Positions 40,310 through 49,911 of a stretch of 64,000 nt of DNA are shown piece after piece. Origin of the DNA: Fimbriimonadia bacterium (lineage in GTDB: Bacteria > Armatimonadota > Fimbriimonadia > Fimbriimonadales > JABRVX01); assembly GCA_041483895.1 (NCBI GenBank), contig JBGPGO010000001.1:256001-320000 (forward strand), written 5' to 3'. Position 1 is the stretch's first letter. Each line of letters opens with the position of its first letter. Made by a program: the position numbers and the translations under genes. Under the pieces are notes generated by a model. The model made no database searches and had not been told where the DNA came from. It worked only from the letters and a program-made list of their open reading frames with translations.

Positions 40310-41632
40310 ATGTTCAAGGACCGAATGACCAAGAAACTTCTCATCTTTGCGGCAACGCTTGCGATCGTTTTGATTGCGCTAGGCATCTACGGTTACTTCG
40401 TCCTGCGTAGCGTCGTATCAACTGCGCAAGTTGAGGCTAATTCGTTGCCAGCGGAACTTGCGGCGGCACGACGCGAAGGCCTACCGCTTGAGCCGAGCGA
40501 TCTTCGCCCAGCTACACCGATTCCAGATGACCAGAATGCCGCCAATGTTTACCGAGCGATCTCGCCGAAGATCTCTCACTTGCCGTCGATTCCCTCAGAC
40601 AGCATCGCCAATGTCGCGATTGGCGATGGAACTACAAAGGATATTGCAAAGGTGCAAAATTATCTTACTCACCATGAGAACCAGCTCTCTCAAATCGAAG
40701 GAGCGAGTTATCTTCCCCATTGCGACTTCAAGCCACGATGGGAAGAAGGCATGGAATTGCTTTTTCCAGACTTCGCTCGGCTCCGGGAAGTTGCGCGGCT
40801 CTTCGCTGCCCGGGCGATGCTGAAGAGCAAGAGCGGCGATCCCATTGGAGCCTTGTCGGACATTGCTACCGCGGGACGCATTGCTCGACATGCCGGGGAG
40901 GTACCTACAATCATCGGATCCCTCGTCCAAATCGCGATCGACGCCATTGCCGATCGCGCATTCTTGCAGGTCTTGCACGCGCATTCCACCGATTCGAAAG
41001 TGCTTCAGGCCGCGCAATCCGCTGCCGCGGCATTCGATCCATCTCCGGACGTGGCGCATACATTTGGCGGCGAGGCCGTTATGTTGCGTATGACAATTCA
41101 TAAAATTCGGGACTCGACGGAAGCTTTGGACGAAAGTGTGGCGCACTTCGTGCCGATCCGGTTGAAGAACCGGCGGGTCTGGTGCGATGCATGGGAAGCG
41201 AGAATGATCCACTATTGGCGTCGCGTCTATGCAATCTTTTCAAGAACCAAGAACGATCAGCTCGCACAATTCCAGGCGCTTGAGAAAGAGGGAGCTAGGA
41301 TGGATGCCCAGTCAAAACTACCTATGCATGAAGTCGACGGCATATTAACCCCAATGTACGGCCTAGTTTGGTTGAAAGCAACGGAGGCAAATGCGCGCGG
41401 CCTGCTCCGATCCACGATGCTCTTACTCTTCGAATATCGGATCAAACACGGCCATTTCCCAGCAACGTTGGTTGATATTCATGCTCCGAACGATCCGTTC
41501 ACCGGCAGCAGCCTTCACTACCGCACAACCTCCAAGGGCCTCATACTATACAGCGTCGGAGCGAATTTCAAAGACGATGGAGGAAAGACCTCCTACAAGA
41601 ACCCGCCTGACATCGCTGTCTCCTACCCCTGA
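40310..41632 (+). CDS. Hypothetical membrane-anchored helical protein with pseudopilin-like C-terminus
   Basis: N-terminal TM; GHFPATL...DPFTG..LHY...LYSVGANFKDDGG. Confidence 0.7.
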   Translation: MFKDRMTKKLLIFAATLAIVLIALGIYGYFVLRSVVSTAQVEANSLPAELAAARREGLPLEPSDLRPATPIPDDQNAANVYRAISPKISHLPSIPSDSIANVAIGDGTTKDIAKVQNYLTHHENQLSQIEGASYLPHCDFKPRWEEGMELLFPDFARLREVARLFAARAMLKSKSGDPIGALSDIATAGRIARHAGEVPTIIGSLVQIAIDAIADRAFLQVLHAHSTDSKVLQAAQSAAAAFDPSPDVAHTFGGEAVMLRMTIHKIRDSTEALDESVAHFVPIRLKNRRVWCDAWEARMIHYWRRVYAIFSRTKNDQLAQFQALEKEGARMDAQSKLPMHEVDGILTPMYGLVWLKATEANARGLLRSTMLLLFEYRIKHGHFPATLVDIHAPNDPFTGSSLHYRTTSKGLILYSVGANFKDDGGKTSYKNPPDIAVSYP

Positions 41633-42528
41633 CGCTCTAGCGCGGCGCGGTCCCATTTGCCGGTTTCCGCCGCTGCCTCGTAGGTTGATCGCAGAAATTC
41701 GAGCAGCATCTCGTCCGGCGAATCGGCGCGCCGCACCGCCTCGTACGGCAGGATGAATTCGTGAATATCGTTGTGGTAGTACGCCGCCGACGGCAGCAAG
41801 GGATACGACGAGTAGCCCGGAGGTTCCGGATAGGAATAGGCATAAAACGCCGGCTCGCCAAGACCCAAACCGGCCCAAAATCCGGCGGATGAAACCTCGT
41901 GCGAATAGGCCTCAACCATCACATGCTTGCCGACATTCGGCACGCCCGGATGCGCAGGTGCGCGCCGACCGGAAAACCGTGTGACCGCCAAATCCGACGC
42001 CCCCCAGAAAAAATGGACCGGACTCTGCTTGCCCAAGAATCCCGCAGCGTATCGCTTCATCACCTGGTCCGTTTGCACCAGAATCCGCCAAAACCGAGTC
42101 ACATATTCCGCATCATACGCCGAGTGCTCAAAGTCCTGATCGAATCGCAATTGGTCCGGCAGCTCCACCGGCACCGGCCAGATCTTCACATCGATTCCAA
42201 GCGACGCCAAAGCTGACATGATATCGCGATAGCATTCCGCGACATTGCAGGCCCTCAACGGCAGCGACGCATGGCCGCCCTCGCTCGTGGAGAACCATAT
42301 CTGATGCGCGATGAAATCGAAGTCAATGGAAAAGGTCATTTTCTCATACGGGATCGGCGATGAAGTGAGACCGCGCGAAGTCACATAGAACGTCGCCTGC
42401 CAATAGTGGTTCTGCATCGGCGCAAGCTTCAGGCGCACCTTGCCCGCGATCTGCAGCCATCGGCCCAAAGTGATGCACGTATCCTGCCACTCAGAAAGAG
42501 GTAGCGCCGGCCAGACTTCGCGTATCAA
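41623..42528 (-). CDS. DUF5996 family protein
   Basis: QIAGKVRL, FLGKQSPVHFFWG..DLAVTRFSGR, EAYSHEVSSAGFW, AFYAYSYPEP. Confidence 0.85.
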   Translation of the reverse strand: MIREVWPALPLSEWQDTCITLGRWLQIAGKVRLKLAPMQNHYWQATFYVTSRGLTSSPIPYEKMTFSIDFDFIAHQIWFSTSEGGHASLPLRACNVAECYRDIMSALASLGIDVKIWPVPVELPDQLRFDQDFEHSAYDAEYVTRFWRILVQTDQVMKRYAAGFLGKQSPVHFFWGASDLAVTRFSGRRAPAHPGVPNVGKHVMVEAYSHEVSSAGFWAGLGLGEPAFYAYSYPEPPGYSSYPLLPSAAYYHNDIHEFILPYEAVRRADSPDEMLLEFLRSTYEAAAETGKWDRAALERQG

Positions 42529-42788
42529 ATCTCCGCCGCCACTTCATCCACAAAACACCATGCCCATCGATCACCCGGCTCTAGCGATCGCATGACCGGA
42601 TGCCCCGTCGCGTGGAAATGCTTTGTCGCGTGCTTGTTCTTGGAAGAATCGCAGCAGCCCACATGGCCGCATTGCAGGCAAAGGCGCAGATGCACCCACT
42701 TGTCCCCCATCTTCAGGCACTCCTCGCATCCCTCGCTGTTGGGCGTCACATTCTGAAGATCACCGAAATGCTCACACGGTCCGTTCAT
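42525..42788 (-). CDS. UBP-type zinc finger domain protein
   Basis: GCEECLKMGDKWVHLRLCLQCGHVGCCDSSKNKHATKHF. Confidence 0.92.
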   Translation of the reverse strand: MNGPCEHFGDLQNVTPNSEGCEECLKMGDKWVHLRLCLQCGHVGCCDSSKNKHATKHFHATGHPVMRSLEPGDRWAWCFVDEVAAEI

Positions 42789-42821
42789 TGGCTCCCTCCC
42801 CGCGACGGGAATCTACCTCAA

Positions 42822-42856
42822 ATAGAAATCCCCCCACAGCAGGCCATAGGGGGATA
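42822..42856 (-). terminator. Intrinsic terminator after the haloperoxidase gene
   Basis: ATCCCCC..GGGGGAT stem followed by TTCTATTT on the minus strand. Confidence 0.55.
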
Positions 42857-42875
42857 TCTTTCGCGAGAGTGAAGT

Positions 42876-44531
42876 CTAGTTCTTTACCGAGACGTTGCCG
42901 GTGACCACCGTGCCATCTTTCGATAACAAATCGTGGTCGCTGGTGTAGTTCTGATTGTCGTACACGACAACGCCGGTGAATTTGTTCCAGATCCTGATCC
43001 GAAATCGATCCGGACCTGAATCGCCGAAGACGTCCCCGTCATATAACGTGACGCGGAAGTTGAACTTGCCGCTGCCGTTGACGGTTCCAGTACCAGTGAT
43101 CTCAGCGCGTCCGCCGGCAGAAACCAAACTGTCGATGGTTGTGCCAAGGAACTTGACGCTACCGGTTTTGAATTCAAACTGGATTACGCCGATCGGCATG
43201 CTCAAGGGACTGTTCAAATTCGCGAAGAAACTAAATGAGGCAGAACCCCTTGCCGCGTAGGTTTTCGGTACCGCGCCGAGCGGAGAATTGATCCAGCCGC
43301 TGCCGCCGACAAACCCGCGTTTTTCTTGGAAGTAGTTTTCGAACGCCATGCGGGCAATCGTGCGTCCGCCGGCCTGTGCGTCCTGATTGCTGTACTCAAA
43401 GTGAATACCGCCGTAAATTCGGCTGCGGCCCGCTTCCGCGGCCGCCTCCGAAAAGGCCGTATACGATCGATCCGGCTGTCCGTCAGAACCGGTGGTGAAG
43501 TTCACCGTATCGGTGCCAAAGTACAAAGCAAGCACCTGTGCCGCGCCGCCGCTGAATGTGCTGTGTCCAGACGAGTATTCCGGGAAGTTCGGCGTGACGA
43601 TGAACGATGACCATGTGGTGTCTGCGGTGGTGGCACGGATTGCGGTAACCGGCCTCCACCAATTGTAGGCAAACTTATTGTCCCAACACGAGATCGCCGC
43701 ATCTGCCTCCGCAATATTCAAAATCGCAAACAGCCGAGCGTTCTCAACAAGTGATAGTCCGAACTGTCCAGAAATATCCTGGGCAATCTGATTCCAGTGT
43801 CCAGGGGGCGTGACCGTTCCCGCGCCATCCGCCCAAAAGAGTGCGATTGCGGACTGGTCCGCAGTGCGGGTGGCGCTCGTGTTCTTCCCCAACGATTGAG
43901 TTTCAAGCATCGTTGCCAGGTCTTCCGCCGAGCCTAGGGCGGGGGGACCGGAACCGCGGAACTTCGATCCGGTAAGAATGCCAAAAGGCTTCACGAGAGG
44001 CCAGTTCGGCAGGAGCGCGGGTAGGAAGCCCGGAGGTGTCGGTTGCCAATCTCCCGGATCGGTACCGGGAACATAGGGAACGACGTCGGTGGAGTGATCG
44101 CCAACGCGCGACAAGAGCATCTTGTCGCCGGCGATGCCCCCAACATTGATCCCCTCCGTCTTCTCCGCTCCATTCGGAATGCCGGCAAGCGACGCGGTTC
44201 GGGCGGCGTCGAACGTCGCGAGCTGCGCAGGGTACAGGCCCTTAAGCACTCGATAAGCCGCTTCCACAACAGCGGCCTCTTTGGAAGCCGTGGACGAAGC
44301 ATTGATTGGTGTCAGATACACGTTGTAAGATTTATCGATCGCGTTGACCGCGTCAAAAATCGCGCAATGCACCATCGCCATGGCACGGGATGACTTGGGT
44401 GGCGGGGTCTTATCTACTTTGATTGCGTTTAACAAAACGTTGTTCCAATCGAAAACAACGTCCGCCGAGCCGGAGCCGGCAATCAAGAAGACCCCGAGCG
44501 CCATAAATGACGCCAGAAGATAGCGTTTCAT
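42876..44531 (-). CDS. Secreted vanadium-dependent haloperoxidase / PAP2 family protein with an extra C-terminal beta domain
   Basis: K...WRP, PEYSSGHS, SRIYGGIHF; C-terminal GFVGGSGWINSP...DRFRIRIW. Confidence 0.9.
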   Translation of the reverse strand: MKRYLLASFMALGVFLIAGSGSADVVFDWNNVLLNAIKVDKTPPPKSSRAMAMVHCAIFDAVNAIDKSYNVYLTPINASSTASKEAAVVEAAYRVLKGLYPAQLATFDAARTASLAGIPNGAEKTEGINVGGIAGDKMLLSRVGDHSTDVVPYVPGTDPGDWQPTPPGFLPALLPNWPLVKPFGILTGSKFRGSGPPALGSAEDLATMLETQSLGKNTSATRTADQSAIALFWADGAGTVTPPGHWNQIAQDISGQFGLSLVENARLFAILNIAEADAAISCWDNKFAYNWWRPVTAIRATTADTTWSSFIVTPNFPEYSSGHSTFSGGAAQVLALYFGTDTVNFTTGSDGQPDRSYTAFSEAAAEAGRSRIYGGIHFEYSNQDAQAGGRTIARMAFENYFQEKRGFVGGSGWINSPLGAVPKTYAARGSASFSFFANLNSPLSMPIGVIQFEFKTGSVKFLGTTIDSLVSAGGRAEITGTGTVNGSGKFNFRVTLYDGDVFGDSGPDRFRIRIWNKFTGVVVYDNQNYTSDHDLLSKDGTVVTGNVSVKN

Positions 44532-44736
44532 AACCTCTCCCTTGTGAGTTCGCGGACGGCGACCACGGAAATGCTCCGGTTAGTTGATCACGCAGACCCA
44601 ACATCTTGGCATCAACCCGGACGCATTAGCCTCCAAATTCCACGTCATAGATTTGTACGACAACCTGTCGCGTACGGCATTCTATCGCAAAGTCGCTGTT
44701 TCTACAAGCTGGCAACTTTGTCGGGAAATGACTTTG

Positions 44737-44782
44737 TTAAAAGGACGACGCGGCGGAGTGAGTGCCGGCACGCCGCCGCGTC
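44737..44782 (-). terminator. GC-rich hairpin, probable terminator of the asnB-like gene
   Basis: GACGCGGCGG/CCGCCGCGTC stem, followed by GTCCTTTT on the minus strand. Confidence 0.5.
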
Positions 44783-44819
44783 TTGTGAGGTTGACAGTGC
44801 AAGTCAAAAAGACGTTGAT

Positions 44820-46271
44820 TTAGGCCGCCTGGGACCTCCCCACCAATCGCCCCATTTCCGGGACAAAGTGCTTCCGCCACAGACGGTAGTACAAAACCTC
44901 TTCTTTGTTGCGCAAAGGCTCGCTCCACGGTTCCGCCCGCCCTCCCGCGAACATCGAATCGGTGATTTCGCGCTCCGCGTACGCCCGGAGCACAGAATCG
45001 ACACCCGCGCCTTCCGCAAAGGATCGACGAGGTTGACGCAGGATCCAGTTCGGAAGCTCGTCGGAAAATGCGTGGCGGAGAATCCACTTGGATTCGCCGT
45101 TCGCGCCCGTTTTCATCCAATCGGGCAGGGAGAACGCGAGTGCGATGACCTGCCGGTCCAAAAACGGCACTCGCGCCTCCAGCCCGTGCGCCATGGTCAT
45201 TCGATCCATCCGCTGAAGCTCCGTGTTGTGGAGACCGGAAGTGAGGCGCCACAAACAGGCATTGCGCTCCGCGGGCGGAAGTTCTCGTAGGCTGGCGTGC
45301 CCTCCAAAAAGCTCGTCGGCGCCATCACCGCACTGCACGGAGGAAACATGCTTCTTGGCGGACTCCGCCAGGTAATAGTTGCAGACAGCCGAGCGAACGA
45401 CCTGAGCGTCAAACGATTCCAACAGGTGGATCACCTTTGGAAGTATCTCCACTACTTCGTCGGGGTGGAGAATTCTTTGCGTGTGGGCGCAGCCGAGAGC
45501 CCCCGCCGCCCTTTCCGCGGCCACGATATCCGCACTCCCTGCCAGCCCGACGGAGAATGTGCGAACCTGTGTTTGGATCTGCCCAAGCAGCCACGCCAAA
45601 ATCGAGCTGTCCAGGCCGCCCGACAGGAACACGCCGGACGGGTCCCCCACATCGGTCAGCCTTCCGACAGCCGTCTCAATCGCGAGCCGCAGCCGGGGAG
45701 CCGCTTTGTCAATGGTGAGGCTGCCGTCGGACGGTTCCGGGAGGCTGTAAAATCGGCCTTTTCCGCTGCGGGAGTGATAGAAGCAACCCGGCGGAAACTC
45801 GCGGTAGTTCGAACACATTTTTCCGAACGCCTTCAGCTCGGAGGCGAAGATGCGTCCCTCATCCCGCTTGGCGTAATAAAGCGGCTTAATTCCAATCGGA
45901 TCGCGGGCGACGAAGAAGTCGTTTCCATCCCGCAATAGGATCGCGAAATGGCCGTCAAATTTCTGCAGGCAGTCAATGCCGTTTTCTTCGTACAATCGCA
46001 GGATGGTGTCGGCGTCGGCGGCCTCTTGCGGCGCAGCGCCTTTGCAGAATATGCGGCCGTTGTACGCCAAAATCCGTTTGCCATCTTCGCTGACGGCCGG
46101 CGCAGTCACGCAGTTTCGGCCCAGAGCGGAATGGATCCTCTGCCCGATGACCATCTTCGCGCAAGACAGAATGTTGGCTCCGTCGGGTCCGCGATGACGG
46201 ATGCGACTCAGCATCTTAGAAACACTGTTCGCATCTCCCGTAGATATCGTGCAAACGAATCCACTCATCAT
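44820..46271 (-). CDS. Asparagine synthetase B-like amide ligase lacking the N-terminal catalytic Cys
   Basis: RHRGPD, YNG, DPIGIKPL, LSGGLDSS, GDGADELFGG, DRMTMAHGLEARVPFLD; begins MMSGFV rather than MCG. Confidence 0.88.
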   Translation of the reverse strand: MMSGFVCTISTGDANSVSKMLSRIRHRGPDGANILSCAKMVIGQRIHSALGRNCVTAPAVSEDGKRILAYNGRIFCKGAAPQEAADADTILRLYEENGIDCLQKFDGHFAILLRDGNDFFVARDPIGIKPLYYAKRDEGRIFASELKAFGKMCSNYREFPPGCFYHSRSGKGRFYSLPEPSDGSLTIDKAAPRLRLAIETAVGRLTDVGDPSGVFLSGGLDSSILAWLLGQIQTQVRTFSVGLAGSADIVAAERAAGALGCAHTQRILHPDEVVEILPKVIHLLESFDAQVVRSAVCNYYLAESAKKHVSSVQCGDGADELFGGHASLRELPPAERNACLWRLTSGLHNTELQRMDRMTMAHGLEARVPFLDRQVIALAFSLPDWMKTGANGESKWILRHAFSDELPNWILRQPRRSFAEGAGVDSVLRAYAEREITDSMFAGGRAEPWSEPLRNKEEVLYYRLWRKHFVPEMGRLVGRSQAA

Positions 46272-46365
46272 GCGTGACCCTCCTTACAGTCTTTTGACTG
46301 CTCGCGGAGAATCGATAGAACGATTGGAGTCTCGACCGATTCAAAAGGCTCGAGGCTTTCCTGCT

Positions 46366-46479
46366 ATGTCTGCGAGGTTAGCTGACGGGTTAGGGCCAGA
46401 ATTACCCTTTCCGACCGAAGCCGGAATTCACCCCGATAATTGGTTCCCCCGCTTTCCGTTCTACCGGAAACTCGACGTG
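46366..46479 (-). promoter_or_regulatory. c-di-AMP (ydaO/yuaA) riboswitch
   Basis: Minus strand GCGGGGGAACC..GGGGUGAAU-hairpin-AGGG..CCCUAACCCGUCAGCUAACCUCGCAG matches the hallmark ydaO/yuaA blocks; extended -10 TGGTATACT at 46514-46522. Confidence 0.9.
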
Positions 46480-46558
46480 AGCCAAATCAGGCAACTTGCC
46501 TGACGGTGACACCAGTATACCAGCGCGCTCCCAACGAATGGAAGCCTAGCAAATATCT

Positions 46559-48562
46559 CTATTTGGCAACTGTGACCGTGACCGTCTGAGCGGGACTGAA
46601 GGCGACCCAACCGGCGTTCTTCGGCCCTATCTCCTTGGCCCCGACCACCTTCGCCGATTTGGAGCCTGCGGGCAATCGAAGGCGGACTGATTTCAGGGGG
46701 GTGGCGCCCTTCCCAGCCCAGGAAAACTGGTACGTGACCTTTTTGCTGTCCGGCGTCACAGTTACTGAAACGGAACCGTAGGCCGTGGGTAGCTTCTTGA
46801 TGAAAAACGGCTTCTTCTGGGCCAGCCACCGGTCGGGAATGGCAGGGCAAATCTGCAGAACACCGTTGAATTGGTCCGTCTTGTCGCACTCCTCATAGAC
46901 AAACATCCGCCGCATCTGCATCAGCATCACAGCGGCGTTCGCCCCACTCGGTTCCAGCCCATCATATCCAGGTGAACCGCCATACAGCGCCGACGTGCCG
47001 AAAAAGGGATCGAAGCAGCGGGCATAGGCATCCAGGATGGCCTTTGAGTACCCTCCGCCGTCCTCTTCCCTCAGCCGCTCGAGCTGATATCCCATGGTCC
47101 ATCCAAACGGCGCGTTCTTGCCCAGAATCGCGCCATTCGCCATTTTCAGCAGGTCTTTCGCAAGCGTGCTGCCCGCGTCTGCGGCGCCAAATTCCAAGAT
47201 GAACGCGGCGAGATAGGCATCCGATTCTCCTCTTGTCTGCGCGCCCAGCTCCATCGGCACGGAGCCGGCGATTCGCCGATCGAACAGAGCCTTAATCTTC
47301 GTTCGATAGGCCGCCGCAGCCTCGGCAATCTCCTTGCCCCCTGACTCATTGACCGAATCGAGGCAGAGCGCCGTGTCCCGTATGCCTCGCCAGGCAAACG
47401 CATTTTCGTCGAAGGGCTGGCCCGAATCGGTATTCGCGGGCAAGATCCCCTGCGGATTGCCCGCGATCCGCTCCAGCAGCCAGTTCGCGTTCTCCTTCAT
47501 TCGATCCGTGTGAAGCTTCATCCAGACCGGCTCGGGAGCGATGGACTGAATGCGATACGCGAGCGCGGCGGCTATCGCGTTGTCGAGCCAATCCCGCTGC
47601 TCAACGGGCTTCTGGTCGTCTTGTGGTCTCGAACCGTCGAACAGGTCGCGCGCCGTGTCGGCGAATCCCCACTCGGCTAGAGCCTGAATCTGCCACCAAA
47701 TCGTCGGCGACGTGGCAGACGGAGAGGCATACATTTCATCCCGATCCGCAAGCACCATGAGCTGCGCCAAAAGCTGATCCTTGAGCGCGGTCCAACCCGG
47801 TTCGGGGGACGAATATTCGGCGGCGCCCTTGAATTTCTCTGCCCATGCCTCTTTCGTGAGCTTCAGATCGCCCTGCGGATCGATCATAGTGGATGGCGTA
47901 GAGTTGGAATAAAACGCATACGAACAAATCCACTCGACCGTCTCGCCGGGCTCGATCGCCTCACGGCTCATCTCCAGCCGCCATTTAATCCAATCTTCCG
48001 GCAATCCACCGGTTAATACATTGATGGGACGTGGATCGGATTCGATATAGCGCCCATCACCCACGTCCGCGGCGTAATAGTGATAGGTAACTTTTCGGTC
48101 AATCGGTTTCGGCGCTCCCTTTATGCCGCGCTGCAAAAGAGAAAACCCCAAATTGGGCGACAGCAGTCGGAAAACGCGGCTATTGTTCTTGCATTGCAAA
48201 AAGATAAACAGCCGCTCCTGGCCGGGCGCAAACTCGGACACAAATGCAAGCTGCCGCCACTGCAACCCATCTTTCGTCGCCGTGTGCACCGTCGCCGAGA
48301 GACGGGGGCTGGGGATGGAACGCTGGGCCGCGCTGAAGATCGGCTGCGGCCCGCTATCGGAATTCAAGTACAAACGCATCCAAAGGAGGTAGTCCGGACC
48401 CGGCGCCAAGAGTGCGCCGTCGGGCGTAACTTGGACTTCATTCTCGCCGTATGGGGTGCCTAGCACCGTATTGACGAGCGGCGGCTTCGTGGGCTCGGAA
48501 ATCGGAGCCAGGGGCGCGGTCAGTGCAGGGACGGTGATGAGGGCCGGCAAAAGATAAAGCAT
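46559..48562 (-). CDS. Hypothetical exported protein, possibly six-hairpin glycosidase-like
   Basis: Signal-like N-terminus; helical core; C-terminal LQICPAIPDRWL..IKKLPTAYG motif common in (alpha/alpha)6 glycosidases. Confidence 0.6.
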   Translation of the reverse strand: MLYLLPALITVPALTAPLAPISEPTKPPLVNTVLGTPYGENEVQVTPDGALLAPGPDYLLWMRLYLNSDSGPQPIFSAAQRSIPSPRLSATVHTATKDGLQWRQLAFVSEFAPGQERLFIFLQCKNNSRVFRLLSPNLGFSLLQRGIKGAPKPIDRKVTYHYYAADVGDGRYIESDPRPINVLTGGLPEDWIKWRLEMSREAIEPGETVEWICSYAFYSNSTPSTMIDPQGDLKLTKEAWAEKFKGAAEYSSPEPGWTALKDQLLAQLMVLADRDEMYASPSATSPTIWWQIQALAEWGFADTARDLFDGSRPQDDQKPVEQRDWLDNAIAAALAYRIQSIAPEPVWMKLHTDRMKENANWLLERIAGNPQGILPANTDSGQPFDENAFAWRGIRDTALCLDSVNESGGKEIAEAAAAYRTKIKALFDRRIAGSVPMELGAQTRGESDAYLAAFILEFGAADAGSTLAKDLLKMANGAILGKNAPFGWTMGYQLERLREEDGGGYSKAILDAYARCFDPFFGTSALYGGSPGYDGLEPSGANAAVMLMQMRRMFVYEECDKTDQFNGVLQICPAIPDRWLAQKKPFFIKKLPTAYGSVSVTVTPDSKKVTYQFSWAGKGATPLKSVRLRLPAGSKSAKVVGAKEIGPKNAGWVAFSPAQTVTVTVAK

Positions 48563-48629
48563 CAATCGATCCTTTCGGCATGGGATTGCTTGCTCCCTAC
48601 CGAAAATTATAGGGAAGGAGCGTGCCGTC

Positions 48630-49703
48630 ATGAGAGCTATGGTTCTGAAGGCCCCGAGAGAGCTTATTGTCGAGGAGATCCCGGAGTTCACCCTACGTCC
48701 TACGGATGTGATGGTTGAACCTGTGGCCTGCGGCGTCTGTGGAAGCGATCTCCGGTATTTTGTGGGTGAGAACCCCTGGGCTCAGCACACTCTTGGCCGC
48801 TTCATGGAAAACCCTCCCAATATCGTCCCTGGCCACGAGTTTTGCGGCTCGATTACCGCCGTCGGGTCGTCCGTTGACCCTGGGATGGTCGGCAAGCGGG
48901 TGGTGGTGCAGCCATTGCAGGTCTGCGGCGAGTGCGAGCAATGTCGGTCTGGTTACAACAACTTGTGCCCAAAGCAGGAGCATTTGGGCCACGGGGGCGG
49001 CTGGGGCGATATGAAATACTATCCGGGCGGAATGGCACAACGCTGCCCGGTATGGGCCTCCTGCTGCTTCGAGGTCCCCGATTCCCTGCCCGACCGGGAG
49101 GCGGCGCTGATGGACATGCTGGCGGTCGCGGTCCATGCGTCCAATTTGGGCAGGATCACGGCGGACGATCGTGTCGCCATCATCGGCTCTGGCCCCATCG
49201 GCCTGTCCATCGCCCAGGTCGCCCGATCGCGCGGCGCATCGAAAGTGGCGCTGTTCGATCCCAGCTCCACGGCGCGGGACGTGGCTCGGAGCTGCGGGAT
49301 GGACGATGTGTACGACGTTCCGTGCGGCGACATCGAAACCGCATTGAAGCCCATGCGTGGCCGCGCGACGAAAGTCTACGATACAGTGGGCCGACCCAAC
49401 ACGCTCAAGGCCGGGCTGGAGACGCTGCGATTCGCCGGGGAGCTGATCGTGATGGCGGCGCACGGAGAGCAGCTGCCGTTTTCGATGGAGGACGTCGGGC
49501 AGGAGCGATGCATCCGGACCTCCTGCAACTTCGTGGCGCCCACAGACTTCCAGGAAGCGATCCGTCTTGCCACCACAGGCGGCGTCCGCCTCGCGCCGTA
49601 TATCACGCGGGAGGTACCGCTTTCGGTAGGTCCGCACGCCATCGAATCCATGATCGAACGCCGCGACTGGGCCTTCAAATGCGTCATCCATCCCCAAATG
49701 TAG
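48630..49703 (+). CDS. Zinc-binding alcohol/sugar dehydrogenase (MDR family)
   Basis: CGVCGSD, GHEFCG, CGECEQCRSGYNNLC, GSGPIG. Confidence 0.92.
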   Translation: MRAMVLKAPRELIVEEIPEFTLRPTDVMVEPVACGVCGSDLRYFVGENPWAQHTLGRFMENPPNIVPGHEFCGSITAVGSSVDPGMVGKRVVVQPLQVCGECEQCRSGYNNLCPKQEHLGHGGGWGDMKYYPGGMAQRCPVWASCCFEVPDSLPDREAALMDMLAVAVHASNLGRITADDRVAIIGSGPIGLSIAQVARSRGASKVALFDPSSTARDVARSCGMDDVYDVPCGDIETALKPMRGRATKVYDTVGRPNTLKAGLETLRFAGELIVMAAHGEQLPFSMEDVGQERCIRTSCNFVAPTDFQEAIRLATTGGVRLAPYITREVPLSVGPHAIESMIERRDWAFKCVIHPQM

Positions 49704-49865
49704 CCGCGGTTCCTCATGGCGACCACCTACCAATTGCTGACCCCAAGAACCGCGCTGAACGTCCGGAATCGGCAATTCCGATGCTTTCCGCCGATTCTCA
49801 ACGGGTTCGCCCGGTTCTTGTGGTTGCGCGTTCGAAAGGCTTTCAGAATGAGGAACCGCGGCTAC
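49700..49865. repeat. GTAG-ended REPIN/MITE-like long palindromic element
   Basis: Perfect 18-bp terminal IR GTAGCCGCGGTTCCTCAT/ATGAGGAACCGCGGCTAC with nested inner IRs CAAGAACCG/CGGTTCTTG and GAATCGGC/GCCGATTC. Confidence 0.75.
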
Positions 49866-49911
49866 GGAGTTGCACAACCCAATCGGTTCCCATAGAGTAG
49901 CGACCTTGCAT

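Noticed and set aside
44820..46271. Lasso peptide cyclase
   Set aside because: No precursor peptide, B1/B2 peptidase or transporter nearby; the sequence retains AsnB-like motifs
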